From: a virus
Lineage: Duplodnaviria > Caudoviricetes
DNA length: 64,000 nt
Virus record (IMG/VR): IMGVR_UViG_3300031994_000025
Span: 64,001-128,000 of that record
Reading direction: 5' to 3' (one strand)
The notes below the pieces were generated by a model that worked only from the letters and a program-made list of their open reading frames with translations, had not been told where the DNA came from and did not search any database. A program made the position numbers and the translations under genes. Positions within the stretch are counted from its first letter, which is position 1. Each line of letters starts with the position of its first letter. Below, one piece after another: positions 9,201-17,189 of the stretch.

Positions 9201-10035
9201 GTACCGCGCCTCAGTGAAACTGACGGGCGACGACGTGCCGAAAATCGTCATCTCCTCGAACGAGCAGATAGACCTCTCCAGCGAATCGACCTCGCGCCGC
9301 GCCTATCAGATACTGGTGGGCGACTGGTACCATCCCCGCTCGATGGACGGTTCGCGGCCTGCCCACACGCCAGCCGACGATTTCCGCAGCGAGGGCGTGA
9401 AGGAGATAGCCCACAACCTGCCGCCGCAGATTCTGAACGACGCGAGAAATCTGCTGCTGCAGTGCTGTCAGTTGTTCCTGCAACTGCCGGAGGTGACGTT
9501 CACGCCGCCGCGTGACAGCCGAGCACTGCTGCGCCAGGCACTGGCAGCAAGCAAGGACGAGCAGTTCACGCGCTGGATAGCGGGCTATCTCTCCGACAAG
9601 CGCCACCTCGGCATCCCTATTGCCGAACGCGAACTGATCATCTCGCTGCTCGACTTCTGCGGCATTGAGGTCGGTGCGAAGACGCTGCTGTCGGGCCGCG
9701 CCCGCATCAAGAACAACCTCGACGAGTATCTGAGGACAAGTCCCTACGTGGCAAATCCCAACATTGTGATGCACTCTAATACGGATCATCAGTGCGGCTA
9801 CCGCCGCTGCGCCACCTGGCAGTACCCGATGAATCCCGACAAGACCATCAAGACCGACAAGGACGGCAACAGGCTCCCCCGCGAACTGGTGAAGAAGGCG
9901 CCGTACCTGAAGACCTACTACTTCTACCGCAAGGGGCAGGTGCCGTTCCACGACTTCGACCCTGCGCATATCGGAGACAAGGACTACGTGCAACCCGCAC
10001 CGGAGACAGACCCGGATGAAGTGAAAAGTGAATAA
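6220..10035 (+). CDS. DNA primase-helicase (CHC2 zinc finger, TOPRIM, P-loop NTPase)
   Basis: CPWHDDHDPS...CYVC zinc finger; CYDEDETG TOPRIM DxD; KDATD; Walker A SGGTGKT; Walker B-like IACIDE. Confidence 0.85.
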   Translation: MNDNNLKILDQIPLVDVLAGWRHTAQRTNAKGTVAYYLCPWHDDHDPSLVVESKTRDGATAPMFKCYVCGATGYGAVQLAARLMGKPGGRIPDEEMPEVLTELATRCSVELEEETDAEGRRWQTRLRSEITGWSEFRKTELQYADWDGITPILEPGEWTIESLKALGLKVEMSSHKAGKDEVSATAPAEIKTGDVITDFDPDTGEALYRCSFGAGFYGDPKKAEVKTVSEWGREVERLFHVQPVARVIRRKENKEQGGYFVHITKGSRTYPIFMFQYDFGTKKYEPRDVYGNKWIWVGKDENVDAGHQWYGDATLEDFLKDGVMPEQDKRHPYVEIDDKEKKTKQIRFGKIVLCSGPRDAIAVYSHSDAHVVWLNSEQAGFDAKGGAMRPNRWLRALLRKLQSVCVEGGLYVCYDEDETGLKASQAIALNNPQVHWLRLPKELGQVMAGKTIQTPPLTPPLEGRGMPTDGGTADSGSLEGQGMPTDVGIADSGSLEGRGIPTDVGTADSGSLEGRGMPTDGGTADSGSLEGQGMPTDGGTVDSGSLEGRGMPTDTMAAATPRPFEGRGRGGVKAPKPLKDATDFVTRFAEVERLMPADLQHDDPAEWFENAMFDTPTCKFWQWESERKEQDGSSRARYKFDLRNTPVFLRARGIVRRVMQSGDESFSRFFMLGNDHTYYELFVGQKGSNKLVPQIRDIMAEWLRAHSEFNDKKGALSRAIYSAKLETGIMESIETMDFDEKSFGEDFDHFFFHNTAVRVTKDEIKLVPYSTMKQWTNQDAILEGDFHITDRLWHVEEMPYYQAELAKHEAILKAAQVEDEIKQENMRWDQYEQLWHYRLVMDRPLEQMPLHFRFLYNTCRIFWEKEKTQELTKTERQVQDMYFIAMLHAIGSALVRFRSANRQQFIHITDNGTRREDLASGGTGKTAILELFALVRRVLGIDGKALEGSNIILEQELGKVIPGLHNIACIDELPQGFSPKKLYNLPLSVTSRGMYRASVKLTGDDVPKIVISSNEQIDLSSESTSRRAYQILVGDWYHPRSMDGSRPAHTPADDFRSEGVKEIAHNLPPQILNDARNLLLQCCQLFLQLPEVTFTPPRDSRALLRQALAASKDEQFTRWIAGYLSDKRHLGIPIAERELIISLLDFCGIEVGAKTLLSGRARIKNNLDEYLRTSPYVANPNIVMHSNTDHQCGYRRCATWQYPMNPDKTIKTDKDGNRLPRELVKKAPYLKTYYFYRKGQVPFHDFDPAHIGDKDYVQPAPETDPDEVKSE
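7579..7934. repeat. palindromic MITE/REP-like element with an internal 51-bp tandem repeat, in frame in the primase
   Basis: ~36-bp imperfect inverted termini (7579-7614 and 7899-7934); CCCTTGAGGG recurs at 7598, 7649, 7700, 7751, 7802 and 7853. Confidence 0.9.
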
Positions 10036-10484
10036 TGCCAGTATATAAGCGCCGACCACCGAAGGTCACCGTCATCAAGTACTCATGCGTCACGGGGCAG
10101 GCCGTATGGCTCTACCGAGGACAGAGCCATGAGGGTATGTACAAGGCATACTCGCGGGCACGGCGCCACGAACTGACGCTGCAGCGCAAATGGCCACGCC
10201 TAATGAAGCGACGCACGGAGAGCATCCTCGGCTTCCTCGACGAGTGCCTGGCTGCGCTTCCAATCATCGGTGAACTGGCCAAGGAACAGCGCGACGCCAT
10301 CAGGACGCTCCGTCAACTGGCTGGCAACGCCCCGAAGTTCTACACCGCCTTCTACAACCACGTGCGCACCGAGCGCCGACGGCGCAAGCGAGACAGCGAG
10401 ATACGCCAGAAGATGCGCGAACGCGAGGCGCAGGAACGAGCCGAAACGGAGGCACAGAAAAAAATAGCAGAATATGAATTATGA
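10035..10484 (+). CDS. basic hypothetical protein
   Basis: 149-aa ORF coupled to the primase stop (TAATG). Confidence 0.7.
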   Translation: MPVYKRRPPKVTVIKYSCVTGQAVWLYRGQSHEGMYKAYSRARRHELTLQRKWPRLMKRRTESILGFLDECLAALPIIGELAKEQRDAIRTLRQLAGNAPKFYTAFYNHVRTERRRRKRDSEIRQKMREREAQERAETEAQKKIAEYEL

Positions 10485-10512
10485 TAAATAACGTATTGGT
10501 ACACAGCAATAT

Positions 10513-10746
10513 ATGAGCAAGAACGACAATATCAAGACCCAAGGCCAGGTGACGGAATCCCTCGGCTACGAGCGCTACCGTGTGACGCTTGACAACGGCG
10601 TCACCATCCTCGCCACACTCTCGGGGCGCATCCGCCAGAATCACATCCGCGTGATGACCGGCGACCGCGTGGAGGTGGAACTCTCGCCCTACGACCTGAC
10701 CCACGGGCGCATCTCATTCAGATACAACAAACCCAAACAACAGTAA
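10513..10746 (+). CDS. infA: translation initiation factor IF-1
   Basis: GQVTESL...YRVTLDNG...LATLSGRIRQNHIRVMTGDRVEVELSPYDLTHGRISFRY is the IF-1 signature. Confidence 0.95.
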   Translation: MSKNDNIKTQGQVTESLGYERYRVTLDNGVTILATLSGRIRQNHIRVMTGDRVEVELSPYDLTHGRISFRYNKPKQQ

Positions 10747-10749
10747 GAT

Positions 10750-10893
10750 ATGAGCAGACAAGACTACATCCGACGCACACTGGCGGCCCTCTGCGGCTCG
10801 TCGCCCGCCGACCCCGCCACCTACCACCTCGTCCGTGGCATGGCCGACAGGCTGGAGAGTGTGTTCCGTTTCGACACTAACAGCGACAAATAA
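10750..10893 (+). CDS. small hypothetical protein (47 aa)
   Basis: Read manually: MSRQDYIRRTLAALCG...; fills the gap between infA and the next gene. Confidence 0.5.
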   Translation: MSRQDYIRRTLAALCGSSPADPATYHLVRGMADRLESVFRFDTNSDK

Positions 10894-10925
10894 ATGATTA
10901 ATTTAATCCAAAAACAACAGAAGTT

Positions 10926-11525
10926 ATGCAAGGCATTAAATTCAAGATGACGGGTGTGTGTCCGCTGATGCTGAACAACCCGCAGACGGTGAACCCGATG
11001 AACGAGTATTCAAAGGCGCTGAAGGAGCTGACCTCGAAGCGCTCGAAGACCGATGACGACCAGAACGAGATCTTCCACCTGAAGTTCCTGGCATCGTGCT
11101 ACTACAACACGAAGGGGCAGTACATCCTGCCGGCCAACATGATTGCCAAGAGCTTCGAGGCGGGGGCAAAGGAGAACAAGCTGGGTGCCAAGTTCCAGCG
11201 CTCGGTGTTCGTCTTCAACGACGGCGTGCTGAAGTTCGCAGAGAACGGTTGCTCGCCAGAGGAGCTGTGGACGAACCACAGCGAGAAGTACGTTGACATC
11301 CGGCCCGTGGGCATCATGAAGTCGAAGATTGTCACCGCCCGAATGATCATCCCCGAGTGGAGCCTGGAGGGTGAGCTTTTCTTCGACGAGAGCCAGTTGA
11401 ACAAGAGCGATGTGTGGCTGGCCATGACCAACGCCGGCCTGCGCTACGGCATCGGCACCTACCGCCAGTGCTACGGACGCTACAACATCGAAGAGGTGAA
11501 AGACGATGGGAAGAAAAGGAAATAA
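10926..11525 (+). CDS. stand-alone Cas7/RAMP-like protein (candidate effector of an RNA-guided system)
   Basis: N-terminal strand IKFKMTGVCPLML, YILPANMIAKSF (resembles the RAMP 'IPgssiKG' motif), C-terminal Gly-rich loop GLRYGIGTYRQCYGRYNI; no other cas genes nearby. Confidence 0.7.
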   Translation: MQGIKFKMTGVCPLMLNNPQTVNPMNEYSKALKELTSKRSKTDDDQNEIFHLKFLASCYYNTKGQYILPANMIAKSFEAGAKENKLGAKFQRSVFVFNDGVLKFAENGCSPEELWTNHSEKYVDIRPVGIMKSKIVTARMIIPEWSLEGELFFDESQLNKSDVWLAMTNAGLRYGIGTYRQCYGRYNIEEVKDDGKKRK

Positions 11526-11530
11526 CAACA

Positions 11531-11788
11531 TATCAAAGTACTGTCAAGTGCAGTGGGGTTTAGCTTAGCGCGGAACAGTACAGCGAAGACTGGTTTAGCG
11601 AAGCAAAGCAAAGTTTTATCCTAATCGAGCTTAATTCAGCCAAGAAGTGCGGAGTAAAGCCTTGTATAGCGCAGAGCAGCTTAGTAAAGCATAGCACGGT
11701 TACATCCCGACGTGGCAAAGCGGAGCGAAGCATACTAATGTATAGTTAGGCCCAGATGAGAGCGGTTGAGCGAAGCATAGTAAATTTT
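11531..11788 (+). ncRNA. array of three 86-nt units of 5-nt-periodic (A/G)G(C/T)-NN motifs (candidate guide RNAs)
   Basis: YATC linkers at 11531, 11617 and 11703, exactly 86 nt apart. Unit 1 has G at every 5th base from 11538 to 11613 (16/16). The pattern is seen directly; the RNA function is inferred. Confidence 0.75.
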
Positions 11789-11805
11789 AAAAACATAGAC
11801 AGATT

Positions 11806-12030
11806 ATGACAAGAAAGAAGATCGATTACCCGAACCCCGTCGAGACCATCGACCGCAAGCCGCCGCAGGTGGCGCTCACCGAGCCCGTAGAGCCCGACAA
11901 GTTCGACCGACACATGCGCAAGGCCCGCCGCGACGACATCAGTTCGCGCCGCAAGGTCTTCGTCAGCCAGAGCCGCGCCGAGGACGAGCGCGACAGCCGC
12001 CGGCAGGACATCAGCCCGTCGGTTTATTAA
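11806..12030 (+). CDS. small basic hypothetical protein
   Basis: 74-aa ORF after an AT-rich leader. Confidence 0.6.
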   Translation: MTRKKIDYPNPVETIDRKPPQVALTEPVEPDKFDRHMRKARRDDISSRRKVFVSQSRAEDERDSRRQDISPSVY

Positions 12031-12130
12031 ACACGGCGGTAGCCGCTCGGCATCCCGAAGGGTGACGCTTGCTACCAACGGGACGCAAGAAATTATTCAC
12101 TATTCACTTTTCACTATTCACTTAGAAAGT

Positions 12131-12856
12131 ATGAGACATTTGGATTTTACAATCGACTTTGAGACCTGCGGGTTGACGGCCAATTCCGCCCCGATGCAGG
12201 TGGCCATCGTTCCGTGGCGGCGCGATGCGGAGAGTGACCCGTTCGTGGGCGACGACACGGGCGAGAAGACGGAGGAAGAGGCCAGCCGATGGCCGGAGCC
12301 GCTGGTCAAGTATGTGGATCTGAGAACGTGCGTGGTCGATGGGTTCGACTTCGACCCAGAGACCGTGAAGTGGTGGACCGGGCGCACGGAGGCGGCGAAG
12401 CGCGCCGTGTGCGAGGGACTGGCTGAGCCGGTGGAGGACGTGCTGATCAGCATACTCGACTACCTGCGCGAGACCGTGAAGCAGTACCGGCTGGAGAGCA
12501 TCTGCCTCTGGTGCCAGGGCATGGACGTGGACATCGCCATCCTGCGCAACCTCTGCAAGAAGTACGACGTTGACTTGGAGAACGAAATCCCCCACACCTC
12601 GTTCCGCGACTGTCGCACGGTGATACTGGAGGCAGCGCTGACAGAAGCCGAGCGCAGCATGGCCGGTAAGAGCACGCGGGCCAACGGCATCGCCCTACCC
12701 TATCAGATACAGGCCGACCCGACGCTGGCCTACAAAATCTTCTTATCCCTACCCTCTCACTACGCCGAGGGCCGCGAGGCCCACGACGCCCTCTACGACG
12801 CGCTGCGCTCCACATGGTACACCTGGCAAGCACTGAAATCCCTAAACAATGAATGA
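12131..12856 (+). CDS. DEDDh 3'-5' exonuclease (phage type)
   Basis: ExoI IDFETCG, ExoII-like WCQGMDVDIAIL, RDCRT, ExoIII HDALYDA. Confidence 0.85.
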   Translation: MRHLDFTIDFETCGLTANSAPMQVAIVPWRRDAESDPFVGDDTGEKTEEEASRWPEPLVKYVDLRTCVVDGFDFDPETVKWWTGRTEAAKRAVCEGLAEPVEDVLISILDYLRETVKQYRLESICLWCQGMDVDIAILRNLCKKYDVDLENEIPHTSFRDCRTVILEAALTEAERSMAGKSTRANGIALPYQIQADPTLAYKIFLSLPSHYAEGREAHDALYDALRSTWYTWQALKSLNNE

Positions 12857-12907
12857 TATGACAACAGACAATATCCCAGAAATCTGGTATTCCTAACAAA
12901 AGAGATT

Positions 12908-13300
12908 ATGATACAAGCATTACAGACAATCGCCTCAATTTTCGCCATGCTCTGCTACGGCGCGATAACGTACTTTGCCGTCAGCGCATGGTTCAAGCTG
13001 CGCCGCATGGAGAAGCAGATGGACGAGGTGAAGTATGCCGCCATGACGGCGATGGCAGTGACGATGGGCGAGCACCTGCGCCAGTCGTTCAACGAGATTA
13101 ACCGCATGCAGGACCAGTTGCGCAGCCTGGTGGAGCAGGAGCGCTACGAGGAAGCCGAGCGCATGAAGTCGTTCATCAGCGACGCCCAACAGTCGGCAAT
13201 GAGGGAGATGAAGAAATTTAAGCAGCACTTCGGCGAAGACATCTGCGACGTGAACGTGATGAACATCCACGTCAACAGCGGAAAGGAGGACGGCGAATGA
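12908..13300 (+). CDS. membrane-anchored coiled-coil protein (UVR-like motif)
   Basis: N-terminal TM segment; LVEQERYEEAERMK. Confidence 0.65.
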   Translation: MIQALQTIASIFAMLCYGAITYFAVSAWFKLRRMEKQMDEVKYAAMTAMAVTMGEHLRQSFNEINRMQDQLRSLVEQERYEEAERMKSFISDAQQSAMREMKKFKQHFGEDICDVNVMNIHVNSGKEDGE

Positions 13301-13345
13301 AACGATAATTTATTTTTTAACCCAATCAAAAAAAACATTACGACA

Positions 13346-13588
13346 ATGGAAAGAACAGACATTGAGAAAAAAGTGCAGGACATCCTCGTTGACAAGCTCG
13401 GCTTGGATGCCAGCGAAGTGAAACCGGAGGCAAACCTGAAGGACGATCTCGGAGCCGACTCGCTCGACGAGGCGGAATTGATCATGGAGACGGAGAAGGA
13501 GTTCGGCATCGGCATCACCGACGACGAAGCCGAGCAGGTGAAGACCGTCGCCGACCTCTGCGACCTCGTGGAGCGGAAGGTAGGATAA
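13346..13588 (+). CDS. acpP: acyl carrier protein
   Basis: Acidic 80-aa protein with DDLGADSLD phosphopantetheine motif and EKEFGIGITDDEAEQVKTVAD. Confidence 0.93.
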   Translation: MERTDIEKKVQDILVDKLGLDASEVKPEANLKDDLGADSLDEAELIMETEKEFGIGITDDEAEQVKTVADLCDLVERKVG

Positions 13589-13602
13589 TCGAAACAGCGA
13601 TT

Positions 13603-14541
13603 ATGACCCTCAAACAAGCATTCACACAATGGGCGGCGGCACCGCGCAACACGGTGCTGGCAGCCAAGAGCCGCCAGGCCGTGCAGCGCGTGCTGATGCG
13701 GCAGTACGGCGACCTCCATCTGGAAGTATTCACCGAGGCCTTCTGCCGACGGCTGTTCAGCGAGTGCCGCGAGATACAGGAACTGAAGGTCAAGGCAGCC
13801 TCCGTGCTCGTCTATGTCCTACAATGGGGCGGCGACCACGGCCACTGCCAGCGACCGAAGTTCACCTACGAGATAGCCACGGAGGAACACCGCAAGTGCC
13901 AGAGCCAGACCGAGCAGCCAGCCGACAAGCCCGCCGAGCCAAAGCCCGCATCGGGCCAGAATCGGGACAAAATCGGGCCAAAGCCCGACTCCTGCGACGG
14001 CTGCAACAACGTGAAGGGCTGCATCAACTGCACCGACGGCTCGGAGCGGGCAGTCATCACAGAGCCAAAGCCCACATCAAACGAAACATCAAGCGAAACG
14101 ACAATGGAACAACAGACCACCAAGAAGAAGACGCGAAGCAAAGCCCCGCGACCCGTCGTGCAGATAGACCCCGCGACGCTCGAAGCCGTCAAGGAATGGC
14201 CCTCGATGGCAGAAGCCGCCGATGCAGTCGGCAGCCTGCCCAGCAACATCCACCGCGCCGTCACCCAACTGCGCACCGCCGCCGGCTACTACTGGTGCGA
14301 CCCCGAGAACGCTCCGCAGTTCGCCGACACCATGGACCGCAAGAAGACCATCACTGCCACCCGCCGCGCCATCGCCGCCACCATCAACAAGGGCCGCCGG
14401 AAGCAGGTGGGCGACGCCAAGGCTGAGAAGGCCAAGGCCGAGAAGCAGGAGCAGCCCCTCGCCGCCTTCACCGACCGCGACCTCTGCGACGAGCTGCGCC
14501 GCCGTGGATGGAGCATCACCCTCACGATGGCCGCCGACTGA
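13603..14541 (+). CDS. NUMOD1/IENR1 DNA-binding domain protein
   Basis: RPVVQID...VKEWPSMAEAADAVGSLPSNIHRAV...TAAGYYW; also a CxxC-x5-CxxC segment. Confidence 0.75.
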   Translation: MTLKQAFTQWAAAPRNTVLAAKSRQAVQRVLMRQYGDLHLEVFTEAFCRRLFSECREIQELKVKAASVLVYVLQWGGDHGHCQRPKFTYEIATEEHRKCQSQTEQPADKPAEPKPASGQNRDKIGPKPDSCDGCNNVKGCINCTDGSERAVITEPKPTSNETSSETTMEQQTTKKKTRSKAPRPVVQIDPATLEAVKEWPSMAEAADAVGSLPSNIHRAVTQLRTAAGYYWCDPENAPQFADTMDRKKTITATRRAIAATINKGRRKQVGDAKAEKAKAEKQEQPLAAFTDRDLCDELRRRGWSITLTMAAD

Positions 14542-14606
14542 AATAATTTTTAATCCTAATTTTTAAATAATTTCCCTGCGAAATCAGGCCAAAACAAAAG
14601 AGCGGT

Positions 14607-14936
14607 ATGGAAAGAAACATCACCATCAAAGTGACGCGCCATGAGGCGACCGTCATTTTCGCGGCTCTCGGCACGCTGAAGAACCGCACGGCGCAGAAAG
14701 CACGCTGGCAGAACATCAAGCGGATGCGCACGTTAAGACAGCGGCTGGCCGTGGCCATCACCATCGGCGACGAGAAGGAACAGGCCGACGTCCGCCGCGC
14801 CATCGAGCACAGCGAACATCAGCACCGTAAGTTCAGCGTCCGCGCCGCAGGCATCGGCGGGCTGCAAGAGCACGTCAGGCTGTCGGCTGGCATAGCGAAG
14901 GACGAGAAAATCAACTACGAGAGCGACAACATATAA
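14607..14936 (+). CDS. hypothetical protein
   Basis: 109-aa ORF with AAGAGCGGTATG start motif. Confidence 0.7.
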   Translation: MERNITIKVTRHEATVIFAALGTLKNRTAQKARWQNIKRMRTLRQRLAVAITIGDEKEQADVRRAIEHSEHQHRKFSVRAAGIGGLQEHVRLSAGIAKDEKINYESDNI

Positions 14937-14961
14937 AGTCCGACTAAATACAAAGAGCGAT

Positions 14962-15141
14962 ATGAAAGTAAAGAAACACTACGAGCAGGATCACGTCATC
15001 CTGTATGTGACGGAGGGCGACCTCCAGACCACCATCACCCTGGAGAGCGACCGCCAGATGAAGCGGCTGGCCGACTGCCTCATAGACCTCTACCGCACCG
15101 ACGGCAGGGAGGTGAGCATCGGGGAAACGAAGGGGGAATAA
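14962..15141 (+). CDS. small hypothetical protein (59 aa)
   Basis: Read manually: MKVKKHYEQDHVILYV...; AAGAGCGATATG start motif. Confidence 0.65.
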   Translation: MKVKKHYEQDHVILYVTEGDLQTTITLESDRQMKRLADCLIDLYRTDGREVSIGETKGE

Positions 15142-15171
15142 TGTAAAACGGATAAAACAAGTAAGAGCGAT

Positions 15172-16017
15172 ATGGACTACGAAGACATAAAACATGCAGC
15201 CTCCGTGCTGAGCGAAGTCAGCCGATGGCGCGACTACGTTACCAAGGAGAGGTTCTGTCTGATAGCCAAGGCCCGATTCGGGATTGAAGACGGTGAACTC
15301 TGCGACGTGATGTACGGACTGATGCAGATGCCGCTGCCCAGACTGATAGCCTGCATGTCCATCGAACACAACGGATCCGACGGCGGCTACCGTATGCCGC
15401 GAGGCTGGAAGCACATGGCGAAGGCCGTGGAAATCATGCAGGCCGCCGACACCCTGCGGCCACGCGACTACTACGACGACACCGACGAGGTGCCAGCCAT
15501 CGACAAGGATCACGGCGGCTACCGCTACGACCGGCGCCGGTACTTCTACACCCGTGGCGGCGACCGGCAGATACACTATGCCGACATCAGCATGGCAAGA
15601 CGTGACGACATCGCCCTGCTCGCCGAACTGCTGTCCGGGGACGGTGTGGCGATAAAGGGCGTGGCCCACTACATCGACTCGCTCGACGGACAGCTGGAGG
15701 GCAACGCCAAGCGCGAGCGATTCGACTACTACGACGGCGACTGCTACCTGCTCTGGGGCGACCCTGCCGACCGCACCTTCTACGACTACTTCTCGCGTGG
15801 CGACTATGCAGGCGTGTATATGGCCACCGACAAGGGATGGCGTAAGCTGCTCTACACCCCCGGTCGCGGCTATCTCGACAAGGAGGGCGAGCCGCAGTTT
15901 GTCGACGACGACCACTTCTACTCTAACTACATGCTCGAAGCCAACGGCAAGGGCTTCCGCTACGTCGGAAACTTCATAGCAAGGCCCGAGGTGCTGAGAG
16001 AAACCAAGGAGGACTGA
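15172..16017 (+). CDS. hypothetical protein (YopX-like C-terminal end)
   Basis: 281-aa ORF ending RYVGNFIARPEVL; AAGAGCGATATG start motif. Confidence 0.7.
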   Translation: MDYEDIKHAASVLSEVSRWRDYVTKERFCLIAKARFGIEDGELCDVMYGLMQMPLPRLIACMSIEHNGSDGGYRMPRGWKHMAKAVEIMQAADTLRPRDYYDDTDEVPAIDKDHGGYRYDRRRYFYTRGGDRQIHYADISMARRDDIALLAELLSGDGVAIKGVAHYIDSLDGQLEGNAKRERFDYYDGDCYLLWGDPADRTFYDYFSRGDYAGVYMATDKGWRKLLYTPGRGYLDKEGEPQFVDDDHFYSNYMLEANGKGFRYVGNFIARPEVLRETKED

Positions 16018-16198
16018 GCCATGGGAGAAATGAAATGGAACTTTAACCTGTTCGGCATCCGTATAGGATGGTACAAACACTTTTCAGCCGTTTGTTACGA
16101 CCGCAGGAACCGACTCCTGCAAATCGGCAAACTGGAACTCTGGGTTTATGGATTGAATTAAACGGCAGAAGATAACAACAAAAAAAACAAAGAGCGAT

Positions 16199-16618
16199 AT
16201 GGAACAGATTACACTGACAAGAGAAGAACTGCTGGAGCTGGCGAGGGTGGTGACATTCCACCTCGACGACCGGCTCGTACCCTACAGCCGCGAAGACCTG
16301 CGGGCAATGTCATGGATAGAGGGCTTCATGTTTGCAAAGCGTCATCAACAGAAGACCGAAGACGAGAAAGAGCCTGCACCAGTGCCAGCCCCCTGCTGCA
16401 TACAGAAAATCCTACGCAACGTGGTAAGCAAAATGCTGAACTACTGGCTCCTGTGTACAGACGACTATGGACCCTTCCATAAGGGCGAGCGCTACTGGCT
16501 GGAACTGTTGGAGAGTGGCCGTGTCTGCGGGCGCAGCGACAACATGAAGGGAAAGAAAACCGACATCACCCTCGTCGAGCTACTGAGTTGCTTCGATGTA
16601 ACGGACGACAAGGTTTAA
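16199..16618 (+). CDS. hypothetical protein
   Basis: 139-aa ORF with AAGAGCGATATG start motif. Confidence 0.7.
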   Translation: MEQITLTREELLELARVVTFHLDDRLVPYSREDLRAMSWIEGFMFAKRHQQKTEDEKEPAPVPAPCCIQKILRNVVSKMLNYWLLCTDDYGPFHKGERYWLELLESGRVCGRSDNMKGKKTDITLVELLSCFDVTDDKV

Positions 16619-16640
16619 CCTATAAAAACAAAAGAGCGAT

Positions 16641-17177
16641 ATGAACGAGACAAAACAAATCTGGCATTCGCTGGCCGAGGTGCCGGACTTCAGCAGGAGC
16701 AAGGACGGTATTCTGCGGATAATGCTGACCAACGGCAAGGAGATGCACCCGATGGACAACTGCACCGAGGACAACTTCAAGTACATGCACCTCTACTACT
16801 ACGGCGCAAAGGCGTGGGCCTACTACGGCGACCTGCTGCCCGACAAGGTGGCAGAAGAACCGGAAAGGAGTAGTGCCTACGAGTTCGTTGACGACAGCGA
16901 GAAGATCTACAAATGGTTGTTCTCCGACAATCTGAAGCTGATAGGAATAGCCAATTTAAAATTCGGCGACAAGATTACCGAACAGGACAACTTTATCATC
17001 ACCATCGAACAAAGCGCAGGCGGAATCGACAAGGCCGACATCAGCCTGGAGTACCCACGAGACAATGGTAACAACTACGGTGGCAACATCACCGTCGAAG
17101 GCGACCCGCAGGAGTTCGTGAGCCGTCTCGTGGAAGAACGGCACATCAGAGTAATCCCACCGACAAACTTCAAATAA
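16641..17177 (+). CDS. hypothetical protein
   Basis: 178-aa ORF with AAGAGCGATATG start motif. Confidence 0.7.
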   Translation: MNETKQIWHSLAEVPDFSRSKDGILRIMLTNGKEMHPMDNCTEDNFKYMHLYYYGAKAWAYYGDLLPDKVAEEPERSSAYEFVDDSEKIYKWLFSDNLKLIGIANLKFGDKITEQDNFIITIEQSAGGIDKADISLEYPRDNGNNYGGNITVEGDPQEFVSRLVEERHIRVIPPTNFK

Positions 17178-17189
17178 CCCCGCTGAACT

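Noticed and set aside
11531-11788. Canonical CRISPR array or simple microsatellite
   Set aside because: There is no constant 25-45-nt repeat with unique spacers and no cas1/cas2. The pentamers are too heterogeneous for slippage, although the register is exact.
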